A stretch of DNA of 63,923 nucleotides, the filler included, from Octopus bimaculoides (taxonomy: Eukaryota), in NCBI RefSeq assembly GCF_001194135.2. It is 4 parts of 4 records of this genome, joined end to end, with 100 filler letters (N's around TTAATTAATTAA, not from the genome) between each part and the next. Parts side by side here need not be neighbours in the genome. Positions count along the whole stretch, not along the records: positions 26,068 to 51,101 come from NC_068981.1; 3 more parts are not named here. One strand, written 5' to 3'. How positions within the stretch are numbered: position 1 is the stretch's first letter; the number at the start of each line of letters is the position of its first letter. Positions 36,386 to 48,225 of this stretch are shown here, piece after piece. The notes under the pieces are model-generated. The model searched no databases. It saw only the letters and a list, made by a program, of their open reading frames with translations, and was not told where the DNA came from. The translations under genes were made by a program, and so were the position numbers.

Positions 36386-36454
36386 GCGATATACATACAT
36401 GTAATATATGTAATCTATATATATTTCTCCCTCTCCATATGTGTGTGGTGAGAG

Positions 36455-36610
36455 AGTGAGAGAGAGCAAGGTTGGAGAGAGAGAGAGAGAAAGAGCAAAA
36501 CTGGAAAGAGAGAGAAAGAGCAAGACTGGAGAGAAAGAGCAAAACTGGAGAGAGAGAGAGAAAGAGCAAAACTGGAGAGAGAGAGAAGGAGAAAGAGCGA
36601 AACTGGAGAG
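36455..36610. repeat. Polypurine minisatellite (GAGAAAGAGCAAAACTGGA unit plus variable (GA)n), about 6 copies
   Basis: Direct reading of the tandem units. Confidence 0.85.
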
Positions 36611-36917
36611 TTGATTTTGAAATTATTGAATTAGAATGAACTCCTTAATTTTGTTTATATGTGTTTGTTTTTTTTTTTAATATATTCTGTGACCTTTGTA
36701 ACTACAGAGACTAGTTGAAGCATTTCCTTTCAATGAGTGTCATGCACTCTAGCTGGCATAATGCAAATATATCTATAAATATAAGTATATGTATGCATTC
36801 ACACAAACGCACAAATACACAAAAAAGAGACATACTATATATATATATACATACACACACATGCATGTATGTGTGTGTATGTATCTCTCTCTTTTCCTCT
36901 TTATCTCTCTCTCTATA

Positions 36918-37018
<101 letters not shown>

Positions 37019-37239
37019 TGTACTGTTCTGTGATGGTAAAATCATCAAAAAGGGACTCCATCTGGTGATAGATAAATATTATTTAATAAAACCAATATAT
37101 GTTTTTATGTGTTACTATTAGTTGCATGTGCTGAGAGGAGCATGCCAAACAATGTTTAAACACATCTGGTCTCCTAGCACAATCATCAGACACTGCCTAA
37201 ATGCCCCATATCTATGTGTATATGTATGTATACACACTC

Positions 37240-37398
37240 TATTTTAACATGTTTAAGGAACCCTTTTTTGTCAAAAATTAGGTTAAAAACTATGTGAGTT
37301 TCTTATAAATGGATACTATTATAATCCCTTACAAAACCTTTTTTCCAGGTTTTAATCCCCCAATATTAGGGGATTCCTTATACACATTAAAATATGGT
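37240..37398. mobile_element. Tc2/pogo-like MITE, copy 1
   Basis: TIR tattttaacatgtttaagg ... ccttatacacattaaaata(tggt); the body is shared with 37845-37991. Confidence 0.65.
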
Positions 37399-37629
37399 GT
37401 GTGTGTGTATGTAGGTTTGGGGACACAAACAAGAAAATAGAACTCAAAACATGAGTATATATACATCAGAGCATGAGTTAAATAGGTTTTTATTTTTAAT
37501 AATCAGCAAAAGTTACGGAACGACTTAATGACCGAGAGTTTCATGCATTGATGAGTGCCAATGCTCAAAACTCTTAACTCTTGAGTCAATCTTTCTTTAA
37601 GTTCTGTCAATTGTAAATCCTTTCTGCTA

Positions 37630-37832
37630 TTGGCATGAGGCCTGAAATTTTGGAGGAGGTGTTAGTTGATTACACTGATGCCATTACTCAACTGGTACTT
37701 GTCTTACTGACTTTGAAAAGATGAAAGTCAAAGTTGATCCTGGCAGAATTTGAACTCAGAACATAAAGACAAATGAAATGCCACTAAGCATTTCGTTCAG
37801 TGTGCTAACATTTCTGCTAGCTTGCTGGCTTC
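37630..37832 (-). mobile_element. SINE family B, full unit
   Basis: ggcctgaaattttgg...gatgaaagtcaaagttgatcc...aatttgaactcagaac...ctaacatttctgctagcttgc. Confidence 0.75.
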
Positions 37833-37844
37833 TAGCAATTCACA

Positions 37845-37991
37845 TATTTTAACGTGTATAAGGGACCCATTTTTGTCAAAAATTAGGTTAAAAAGATGAG
37901 TTTCTTATACATGGGCAGTATTATAATCCCTTACAAAACCTTTTTTTTCCAAATTTTAAGCCCATGAGCGTTCCTTATACATGTTAAAATA
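37845..37991. mobile_element. Tc2/pogo-like MITE, copy 2
   Basis: TIR tattttaacgtgtataagg ... ccttatacatgttaaaata. Confidence 0.65.
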
Positions 37992-39130
37992 TAATATTAA
38001 TGAAAAATTTGTGTGTATGTAAATATATATATATATGCATGTGTGTGTAATGTTGGTGGGAGGGTATATATATATATATACACACACACATACATATATA
38101 CATGTAAATGTATATTTGTGTGTAAATGTAAATAAGAAAAAAGAACTAAATAAAAAAAACTGGATATCATAATTGTATTATATTTACTATATAATATGAT
38201 ACAGTTTGAAGAAATCTCCAAAGATACACACATAGCTTAGAAAAATATATAATTTCCGTTTCTTCATTCAATACCCATTTGAATTCTGAACTAATTTTCA
38301 AATATTTAGTATTTTTGCATCTCTGTCAGCTTCCTTCTCACCCTTTCTTTCTTTTAATATGTATGTATGTCTGTATGTGCATATTTCTATGTATATACAT
38401 CCTCTACCAAGTAAGTTTTATCTTAATAACTCTGATGTGCACTCTATACAATCTTTTTACTCTTTCATTTTTCTCTCTTTCTCTCTTATTCTTTTACCTC
38501 CTCTTCTCCCACTATTCTATTCTATTACTCTGTCACTATCTCTCCCTCACTCCTTCTCCCTTGCTCACGTGGTTTCCACATGACCATCAGCCATCTTTCT
38601 TTCTTCTCGTAACTTGTGTTTCTTTCTTTCTCTCCGTTGTAGCTGGAATAAGGAAGACATGTTCTTGTCTGTCTCCTGTCCAAGCTTGATTTACATGTTC
38701 ACCACCACATCCTCGTTTAGGCTTAGCAGCCCTTCCTGTTTGTTTTCACTGTCCTGTTTGTGTTACCAATTTTGACCCGCCTGAAAATCTGAAATTTTAT
38801 TTAATTTGCTTTGCGGGAGCAACTGTTTTATGGAAAGTGTATATTGCTGTTAAATGCTCAAAATACAAGAGTAGAAAAACAGCCAACAGCTGATGAAGGG
38901 TCGTTCTTTATGTTGTTTGTTTTGTTTTACATTTGTGTCTTTCGTTGTTCGAAAAAATAGTTCAGATTCCATGTACTCATACTTTGTATTTTTTGTTGTA
39001 CATGTTTCATGATGTCCTGTGCCCCAATATGCATATATATGTGCATATGGATGTGGGTATGTACATGTACGTATGTATATATGCATCTATATGTATATAC
39101 TATTTATGATATATATATATATATATATAT

Positions 39131-39920
39131 CATCATCATCATCGTTTAACGTCCGCTTTCCATGCTAGCATGGGTTGGACGATTTGACTGAGGACTGGTG
39201 AAACCGGATGGCAACACCAGGCTCCAGTCCGATTTGGCAGAGTTTCTACAGCTGGATGCCCTTCCTAACGCCAACCACTCAGAGAGTGTAGTGGGTGCTT
39301 TTACGTGTCACCCGCACGAAAACGGCCACGCTCGAAATGGTNNNNNNNNNNNNNNNNNNNNNNNNNNNNNNNNNNNNNNNNNNNNNNNNNNNNNNNNNNN
39401 NNNNNNNNNNNNNNNNNNNNNNNNNNNNNNNNNNNNNNNNNNNNNNNNNNNNNNNNNNNNNNNNNNNNNNNNNNNNNNNNNNNNNNNNNNNNNNNNNNNN
39501 NNNNNNNNNNNNNNNNNNNNNNNNNNNNNNNNNNNNNNNNNNNNNNNNNNNNNNNNCCTCAGCCCAGGTCTTCCTGGGCCTACCTCTTCCACGGGTTCCC
39601 TCAACTGTTAGGGTGTGGCACTTTTTCACGCAGCTATCCTCCTCCATTCTCACCACATGTCCATACCAGCGCAATCGTCTCTCTTGCACGCCACAACTGA
39701 TGCTTCTAATGTTCAGCTTTTCTCTCAAGATACTTACACTCTGACGGGTATTCACATTGACATTACACATCCAACGGAGCATACTGGCTTCATTCCTTGC
39801 GAGCTTACGTATGTCCTCAGCAGTTACAGCCCATGTTTCACTGCCATGTAGCATGGTTGTTCGTACGCATGCGTCATACAGTCTGCCTTTTACTCTGAGT
39901 GAGAGTCCCTTTGTCGCCAA
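39131..39920 (-). mobile_element. Young 5'-truncated RTE LINE copy (internal N-gap) with a TSD
   Basis: The frame is intact: ATKGLSLRVKGRLYDACVRTTMLHGSETWA...RRLRWYGHVVRM...RGRPRKTW. CpGs are retained, and ATATATATCATCA flanks both ends (39123-39135, 39920-39932). Confidence 0.9.
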
Positions 39921-39986
39921 TATATATCATCAGTAACACATAAATCCAAGAAAAAAGTACACTCTAAGTTATAGAGCAATATTTAG

Positions 39987-40209
39987 TATAAATAAAGTTA
40001 GATAAGGTCAGTTTATAGGATTACCCTGGGTTTCATGTCCATAAAGTACTTAGCTTTATGGCGTATCATCATATCCCAAAACCTGTTGGCATAAGGCCAC
40101 TCTTTAGAGAGGCCTTTTGAGATCTGATGATATGCTGTAAAGCTAAGTACTTTCTGGACATGAAACCCAGGGTAATCCCATAAACCAGCCTTATTTAACT
40201 TTATTTATA
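39987..40209. mobile_element. Foldback element / TA-flanked MITE with ~95-bp inverted arms
   Basis: The left arm tataaataaagttagataagg...ggattaccctgggtttcatgtcc...aaagtacttagcttta...atcatc is mirrored by 40116-40209, around a loop of about 30 nt. Confidence 0.8.
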
Positions 40210-40239
40210 TTATGTATATATATATATATATATATAATA

Positions 40240-41150
40240 GCTGTATAATAATATATCATAATATTTTATTCTCTAATTTGAAGCGACAATTTATAAATAC
40301 AAACAAATGACCAAAACATGACGAACTAACCCCAGCCAGAATCAAACCCACAAATCAATGAAAACATGGCTCTTTGCACATCCAATTGGGCAAAATGCTC
40401 ACTCATCAATTTCAGCCAAATTTACTTAATATATACTTAAACTGTCTAATACGATATATAATATTTGTAAACAAACACGGAAGGGTCTGTAAGTTAAACA
40501 TTTGTTTACAAATATTACATGTAGTATTTACACAGTTCAAGTATATATTAACTACATGATGACTGCCAATGCTCAAAACCCTCAACACTTAGGTAAGATT
40601 GTTGGGTGAGCATTTGGCCCAATCGAATGCATAAGGAGCCATGTTAGCGTTGACTTGTGGGTTCAATTCTGGCTGGGATTAGCTCATCATTTTTCACTCA
40701 TTTGTTTGTATTTATAAATTTTCATTTCAAATTGGAGAATAAAATATTATTATGATATATTATTATACAGTTATTATTATGCTATGAGCCTTCCATAGTA
40801 ACTTTCTGTCCTCAACATACAAAGCCTTCCACATTTGTTTACAAATATCATATGTAGTATTAGACTGTTCAAGTATATATTAAGTAAATTCGATTGAAAT
40901 TGATGGGTGAGTGTTTGGCCCAATCAAGTGTGCAAGTAAGCATGTTAGCACCGATTTGTGGGTTCGATTCTGGTTGGGGTTAGCTCACCATTTTTCAATC
41001 ATTTGTTTGTATTTATAAACTGTCACTTCAAACCAGAGAATAAAATATTATTATGATATATTATTATACAGTTATTATTATACTATGAGTCTTCCATAGT
41101 ATCTTTCTCTCTGTAACTTACAAAGCCTTCCACATTTGTTTGCAAATGTT
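40240..41150. repeat. tRNA-like ~335-bp satellite: one unit in one orientation, then two tandem units inverted
   Basis: 40245-40480 is the reverse complement of 40590-40780 and 40850-41090. Each unit carries TTTGGCCCAATC (A-box-like) and GGGTTC(A/G)ATTC (B-box). Confidence 0.8.
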
Positions 41151-41179
41151 ATGCACACACACACACACACACATACATA

Positions 41180-41325
41180 CAACAGGCTTCTTTCAGTTTC
41201 TGTCAACCAAATCCACTAACAAGGTTTTGGTCAGCCCAAGGCTATAGTAGAAGACACTTGCTCAAGGTGTCACACAGTTGGACTGAACCCAGAACCATGT
41301 GGTTGGGAAGCATAGCCTTGCCTGC
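41180..41325 (-). mobile_element. SINE family A, 5' half
   Basis: caggcttctttcagtttctgtcaaccaaatcc...gaagacacttgctcaagg...gaaccatgtggttgggaagc. Confidence 0.75.
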
Positions 41326-42711
41326 ACCTCATTGGAGAGAATTTTTAAAAATATAACCAAGAACATACATACCTCCCTGCATAAATACAAGCATTCATAC
41401 ATAAATACATACGTACAAATGTACATACATACATACATGCATACATACAAGCTTTATATAGAGTCAAATATATAATATATAGCTTAATTAGAAGATAAAT
41501 AGTGCCCAATATCTTTTAGCTTGATCCATTATGATTAATGTTGGGGAAAACTTGGAGATTGGAAGAGCTTAATATGATTCCAGAGAGACCTGATTCCAAA
41601 TAACTGGAACAGAGTTGATGTCAGCTGAAGGCATCAAAAAGCTACATGATAATGTATACTGGGTGACAGATTAAACCAAAATAGCAATGAAGTAAAATTC
41701 TCAAAATGTTGCAAGCACTGAGCAACACTGTTTCTGAGAGTCCCTCATGGCAATTTTACATTTAAAATTGCAGATAAAGAAAAAAGCATAGCACATTTAT
41801 GATCAAATTTTTGTGTTATATTGATGGTTTTTTAACTAATTTAATTTTTATGAACAGCCATTTTAACCTTTAGTTTGTCCTGTATATCACATGATACACA
41901 GAATATTTTTCACTGGTATCTTTGCATCATATGTGATACGCATTCCCAATTGTTCTCAGCCACTGGAGTAGCTAAGAACTAATGAAAGGAAAGTTTTATA
42001 TTACCCAGAACATATGAAACAAAGGCTAACTAAAAGTCTGAAAATAGCTTGGACATGTAGCAGGAATATTCGGCAATCACTTGATTCACTAGAATATTGC
42101 CCATGTGATCAACAAAGTCTGACCAATCATCTTTTGGTACACTTCCTTCTGAGCCAATCAACCAGTATAGATTCAACACACCATGACTACAAGACAGACA
42201 GCTTTGGGCTGTGGCAGAGAGAGCATTGACAGACACTGTAGGAGTTGACCAACAGAAACAGCGGGTAACAACTTACAACACAAAGGCAATGAACAGTCAG
42301 AAAGTGAATGACACTAGAAATCAGTAGCCAGCAAGCAACTATTAACACTTTATCTGCTGCTACAACTACAACAAGAACATTAATGGTCAAAACTCTCTCA
42401 AAGTTTTGTTGTTTGTAGTAACGACAACATTCATTTTTTTGGGTGTATGGAAAGAATAAAGTTTTGTCTATCAAAAATCTCGACAGATTCTAATGCTCTT
42501 TGTACAGACATTTAGGACAAACTTGTGAAAATGCTTTGGAAAGGCAAATGGTTAAATAAAGTCTTGGATATTTGCATTTGCAACAGCAGCACCATCACAG
42601 ACATGGGTGCAGCATACCAATATTTTCCATTTTTTTTTCTAAGTTAAATGAACAATATTTAATGAACCAAACTAGAGCATTACTTATACATTGGGAGCAC
42701 TACAGCTGCTA

Positions 42712-42775
42712 CTATGCTGTGTGTACATGCTGTGTGTACATGCTGTGTGTACATGCTGTGTGTACATGCTGTGAG
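42712..42775. repeat. 14-bp minisatellite (ATGCTGTGTGTAC), about 4.5 copies
   Basis: Direct reading of the tandem units. Confidence 0.85.
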
Positions 42776-42960
42776 TTATTACTGTAAGTAAACAGCTGGC
42801 ATCAATAAAATAAACTGTTGACAAAAGACTGTCATGGTAAGGCAATATGTTAAATATTTTGATAACAAAATTACACACATACGTATATATGCAAATACAT
42901 ACATGCATACATACATATGTACATACGTGTGTGTGTGTGTGTTTGTGTGTGTAGACAGTC

Positions 42961-43035
<75 letters not shown>

Positions 43036-43558
43036 CAGATCTTTAGATATTAAACAATTTTTATTCCAGCTTGGTTACACATGCTTACTTTTTATGAAGC
43101 CATTGGTTTGGAAAGGTACATATATATTGCCTTATATGCTATGGTGACTCTATTCTATTAGAAACTTATGTTTATGCCATTACACTGAGTAATTCCTAAG
43201 CACCATTTAAATATATATTCTTTTGATATTGTTGACACCATTCGAATTTTGGTACTACTTGGTGGTGTTGAAACTATAATGATTCCCAATAGAATGGCTG
43301 ATGATGGAATTTATATGTTTATTTTGACAATTCATGTTGTTACTGAGGTATTTGTGTAGTTGTTTATATGTAGTGTTTTTGTACATTACTTTTTTTTTAT
43401 TCATTTTTTGTGTAGTTCTAAATTCCTCAGAATTTCAATGTTATCACCAATTTTAGTCCTAGTTTTATGGGGTTTATTCACTAATACTAAGTCTATGTTG
43501 TCTTTTATTTAATTTTATTGTTAAGGGTTTGTAAAAGTTATATATGAAATAGGATCTA

Positions 43559-43930
43559 CGAGGGGGTGCTGAAGAGTTTTTGGTTTTAAGGGTATCGCAA
43601 AAGGATAAAGCTGTTACCTTTACAGGGGAGGTAGGACAATTATTTAGAACTTATCCAAAGTATCATAATGGTATACAATATACTTTTCTCTTTTTTGCAG
43701 TTCCTACAGTGATGACCATCCTAACTGGGGTTCATCTGTCACCTTGAAATTACCAGTCCAAAATCTTGGTACCCAGATTTTCACTGTGGAGTAAGATGGG
43801 CAGTGATTCTTCAAGACTGCCTTCATCTTGCCATGGACTTCTGCTGCTCCTTTGCCTTGCAAAAAGAGGAACTTCATGACCATCCATGTTTCAGTTTTAC
43901 CAAAATCCATTGTTGGAGATGTCATTAGCT
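43559..43930 (-). mobile_element. Internally deleted mariner (N-terminal HTH fragment plus one TIR)
   Basis: MKFLFLQGKGAAEVH...CPSYSTVKIWVPRF...DEPQLG (DNA-binding HTH). The TA-cgagggggtgctgaagagttt end resembles the TIR at 48660-48686. Confidence 0.7.
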
Positions 43931-44099
43931 TTTTCTAATGATATCTGAAAAGAAACAGCAATTTTAGCAAGACATATTAAGCAACACTAATAATAAATCA
44001 AAAAGCATAAAAATAAACAAGCTTTTCATAGTTTTATAGATATTTCAAGATTATGATGCTAGGTGTTTCCATTATTTTGTCCAACCCTTGTATATAATC

Positions 44100-44482
44100 T
44101 TCTGTTCTTTTACTTGTTTCAGTCATTTGACTGCGGCCATGTTGGAGCACCGCCTTTAGTCGAACAAATCAACCCAGGATTTATTCTTTGTAAGCCTAGT
44201 ACTTATTCGATCGGTCTCTTTTGCCAAACCGCTAAATTACGGGGATGTAACTCACCAACATCGGTTGTCAAGCGATGGTGGGGGGACAGACACATAAATA
44301 CATACATATATATATATATGTGTGTGACAAGCTTCTTTCAGTTTCCATCGACCAAATCCACTGACAAGGCTTTGGTCGGCCTGAGGTTTTAATAGAAGAC
44401 ACTTGTCCAAGGTGCCACGCAGTAGGACTGAACCTGGAACCATGTGGTTGAAAAGCAAGCTCCTTACTACACAGCCACTCCT
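44100..44482 (-). mobile_element. SINE family A, full length
   Basis: Collinear reverse complement of 53382-53781, including the internal (AT/GT)n tract and the cagtca/tgactg tail hairpin. Confidence 0.85.
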
Positions 44483-44664
44483 GACCTAAATCTACCCCTA
44501 TAGCACTAACTATATTGGGTCCACTGTTATCATCATCTTAATATCAAAATCTGCTCCCATAGCTGTAGATTTGTTGTGTCTTACTGATCCCATATATACC
44601 CAAAACTACCCCTGCCTAACATTAACTGATATTATTTATATACTAATATCATAATGCTTAGAGG

Positions 44665-44830
44665 CATTTTGTCTGACTTTACGTTGAGTTCAAATTCTTC
44701 CAAGGTTGACTTTGCTTCTCATCTTTTCAGGGTTGATGAAATAAGTACCAGTTGAGTACTGGGATCAATGTAATCGACTGTCAATCACCCCTCAAAAAAA
44801 ATTCAGGCCTTGTGCCTATAATAGAAACGA
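44665..44830 (+). mobile_element. SINE family B copy
   Basis: gagttcaaattcttccaaggttgactttgcttctcatc...aataagtaccagttgagtactggg...ggccttgtgcc. Confidence 0.75.
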
Positions 44831-45609
44831 TTATATACCTGATATCCCACTAATATCATTTATATACTTAAATCTACCCTATGATAATGTCTATGTTGGA
44901 TCCCATTGATCTCATCTATGTATTCAAACTACCAACCCATTACAAAAACTATGGCCTCTTACGCTTGGACATGAAGATGTTCCTGTCTCAAATCTGGATA
45001 CTTACAGCATAATTTAACTGTCAGCATATTCGAATACCACTCTCAAGGGCACAGTTGTTTATATCATCTCCACTATTTGATTCATACTTATTTTAATGAA
45101 GATCTGGAAAAATGAAAAGCAAAGTCAGCCAAGGTAGGATTTGAACTCAGTACTCATTTTAATACTATAAAATATTTTGTCAGCTGCCCTACAGGTTCTG
45201 CTACACACCACCCTAAATCTAAATATCTATATTCAGGAATTGAAACTGAGCAGCAAATACTTCTAGCCAAGAATTCACATCTACTCTACCAGCTTTGTCT
45301 GCAATCTGTTGGAATAATGCACAGGATAAGAGAAAAGAAGAGATAACTAATGGCACTGACCAATTTTAGTCAGTAAATTGATCACATCAGTTTATTGATT
45401 ATTGAACACATAAAAGTAAACTGGTGCCAAACCTTGACTTGTTTGGAGATGCTATTTATCAGTAAAATATTTCTTTCTTAACTCACCAGACAAGAAAGCA
45501 AGTCTTTTAACTGTTACTCTATTTCCATCACCTCAGGTTCAGTACAAGATGATCTAACGATATTAGAGCCATCTTTGGAATTAACACCTGTAGAAATATA
45601 AGGAAATAA

Positions 45610-46945
45610 ATTAAATAAATAAAAAGAGCCAAAGAAATTCGGAAACCAAATATTCATTCCATTGATTTATGTTATGGTTCAACTGAAAGGAATGGAATGG
45701 TGGAATTGAATAAAAGAAGAGAAATGCGAAACTACCAAGATGTGGATAATGAAGGGAGATTTTTTTGGGAGTTGCCAGAATTAGTGGATAAATATCTTGT
45801 AAATCACACTACCATTTGAAGAAACAAAAGAGAAATTAAACAATGTAGTCCTAAATAACTAAAACAACCAAAAAATAAATGAATAAGGAAAGGATATTTA
45901 TTACTCAAATACCTTAGATCAATGCTTCTCAACCATTCTTTATCTATGATTCTTGTTTTACTCAGATGTACCCTCCTAGCCGTTTGATGTTTAAAAAATC
46001 CTATTATATTTTTATAATAAAATGTTATTGGGAATTGTATGAAAAATTGTTAAAACATTTTGTGTATTGTAGAAGTATAACCAATTTATTGCAAATAAAT
46101 TTAACAACCAAATTTTATATGGACCTCCAAGAGCCATATAGACCCCAATTGAGTACAACTGCCATAGATGGTAGATTGGACCAAATGTGAGCATTTCATG
46201 AAGTTTCTACATTAATTATGGGCAAACTGCAGCCCATGGGACTTTCTTAGAAAAAATTACCATGAATTTCTGTAGTAGACTTGATGATGAGTCTCATGTG
46301 ATGCATTTTTCAAAAAAGGCTGCCTCTGTTTGCTTTATAAATTCATTCATCCTGAAAGAAATAACAGTCAAATCTTTTTCAAATCACAACCTACCATCTT
46401 AAAAATGGAAGAACACATTGAACAATGACGTTTTAACTATGCAATTAGCTGGGATGATCATGTATGAAATATTGTGATTATAGATTTGCTGAAGCATGTT
46501 AATCTTGAAAGAGTATATACATAGATATTTGAACACAAAAGCCATCTTGAAAAAACACATTTGGATAATGTAGTTCTAGATACACGAAAAAAGAAAACGA
46601 GGTGGTCACAATTGGAACACCTTTTTTCATAGGTTTGGCTGATCAAAGATGATCAACACCAATAAATAAAAAGAGCCAAAAAATTTAAAAAACAAATATT
46701 CATTCCGTTGATTTATGTTATGATTCAATTGAAAGAAGTGGAATGGTGGAATTGAATAAAAGAATAAAAGTAGAAATGTGAAACTAACAAGATGTGGATA
46801 ATGAAGAGATTTTGTGGGGTTGCTTAACTTGTTAGAAATAGTGGATAAATATTCTGTAAATCACACTACCATTTGAAGAAACAAACGACAAATGAAACAA
46901 TGTAGTCCTAAATAACCAAACAAGCCAAAAAAAAATGATAATAAT
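45610..46945 (+). repeat. ~290-bp direct repeat pair (45610-45895 and 46658-46945)
   Basis: aaataaataaaaagagccaaa...caaatattcattcc...gtaaatcacactaccatttgaagaaacaaa...caatgtagtcctaaataac is present twice. Confidence 0.85.
45920..46161. mobile_element. hAT-like MITE
   Basis: The ends caatgcttctcaacc / aattgagtacaactg are a degenerate CAGTGGTTCTCAACC-type TIR. The 8-bp flanks are ccttagat and ccatagat (7/8 match). Confidence 0.65.
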
Positions 46946-47012
46946 AAGGATAGGATAATTATAACTTAGCAAGATATAGAAGATACACATTTTCATTTAA
47001 TTCTAGTCAACT

Positions 47013-47238
47013 TTAATCCTTTCACATTTAACCTGGTCATATCAGACCTAAATATTCTACCTTGCTATATGCTCAAACCAGCCAGATTTGGCCTCTTCTA
47101 CCTGCCCTACAATGTCATTCTAAATATAAATAATCACACCATTGAAATCTTGAAGCTACCAGCTGCATGATTAATTTGAATCAATGTGAATAGATAAGCT
47201 TTGCATTTGACAGAAAAAACTGAATGCTAAAGGGATAA
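47013..47238. mobile_element. piggyBac-like MITE, third copy
   Basis: ttaatcctttcacatt ... gaatgctaaagggataa; the body is collinear with 6906-7114. Confidence 0.6.
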
Positions 47239-48225
47239 GTCAATCATAAACTGATTCCAACATTCAATTATTGATGAATCTAGCTCATCACAGTAAACAA
47301 TAAAGATTTAGAATATGCTCACTATTTCACCAACTTGTGCAGTGTGATATTTATGAGTGGTGAGTGTATTAGGGAGATCTCTGCTTTATTCTATTCATCA
47401 GAATTGGAAAAGCTAGGACAACAATTGGTAGGTCTATCAACATTTGTTAAGTAAATAACACAAGTTTAAAAACTAAAATTGCAGTCTACAGTTTGATATA
47501 CCAGTGGACTCTTATATATTCTGCCCACTATACTACTTGAATTTCAATGGACCCCAGTCAGTTAGTGGCTTTTCGACCCTTTATAATTTTCTATTGCATA
47601 ACATAATTTGTAGGTATATATAAATGTGTATGGCTGGTATATTTGTGAACAACTCAGTTGCCAGCAGATATACCAACTTTATACATGGTTGGTATAATTG
47701 TAGTATATTGTCTACTACAAAACTACACTCCCTGAAATGGATAACATCAAAAATAGTATCCATTTCTTCATGGAGAGTAGTTTTGATCTTTGGACCTCTG
47801 AGTTATGAGGCCAGCATGTTTCCACTGTGCTGCTCTGCTCACGAGTGGTTAAGTAAATATATAATGGATTATTGCATGTATTGTCTGTTCTGAATTACAT
47901 TACTTGTGTTGCTTTATGTGTCACATGTTATTTATTTATGACTTATTCATTTATTTGTATGCATTGAACTGTTTCAGCTGTATGAAATATAGTAACTATA
48001 CAATACTAAACTTGGACGTTAATTTACAAACAAGAAGGTGACATTTCACTTTGCTGATATTCCATGAGTCACATTTGAAAAATCACATGCATAGATCTAT
48101 GCACTGCAAATTTTTCTGGCTGTTTCTTCATTTGTCATTTTCAGACCAGCCAAGAACAAATCAGTTCTATAAATGTTTCCTCATAGCATACATAGTAAGG
48201 AAGCTTGCTACATATAGTGACTATA

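Noticed and set aside
42014-42229. 71-aa ORF in non-repetitive sequence
   Set aside because: It has no recognisable domain and no convincing splice sites, and its length is within chance expectation.
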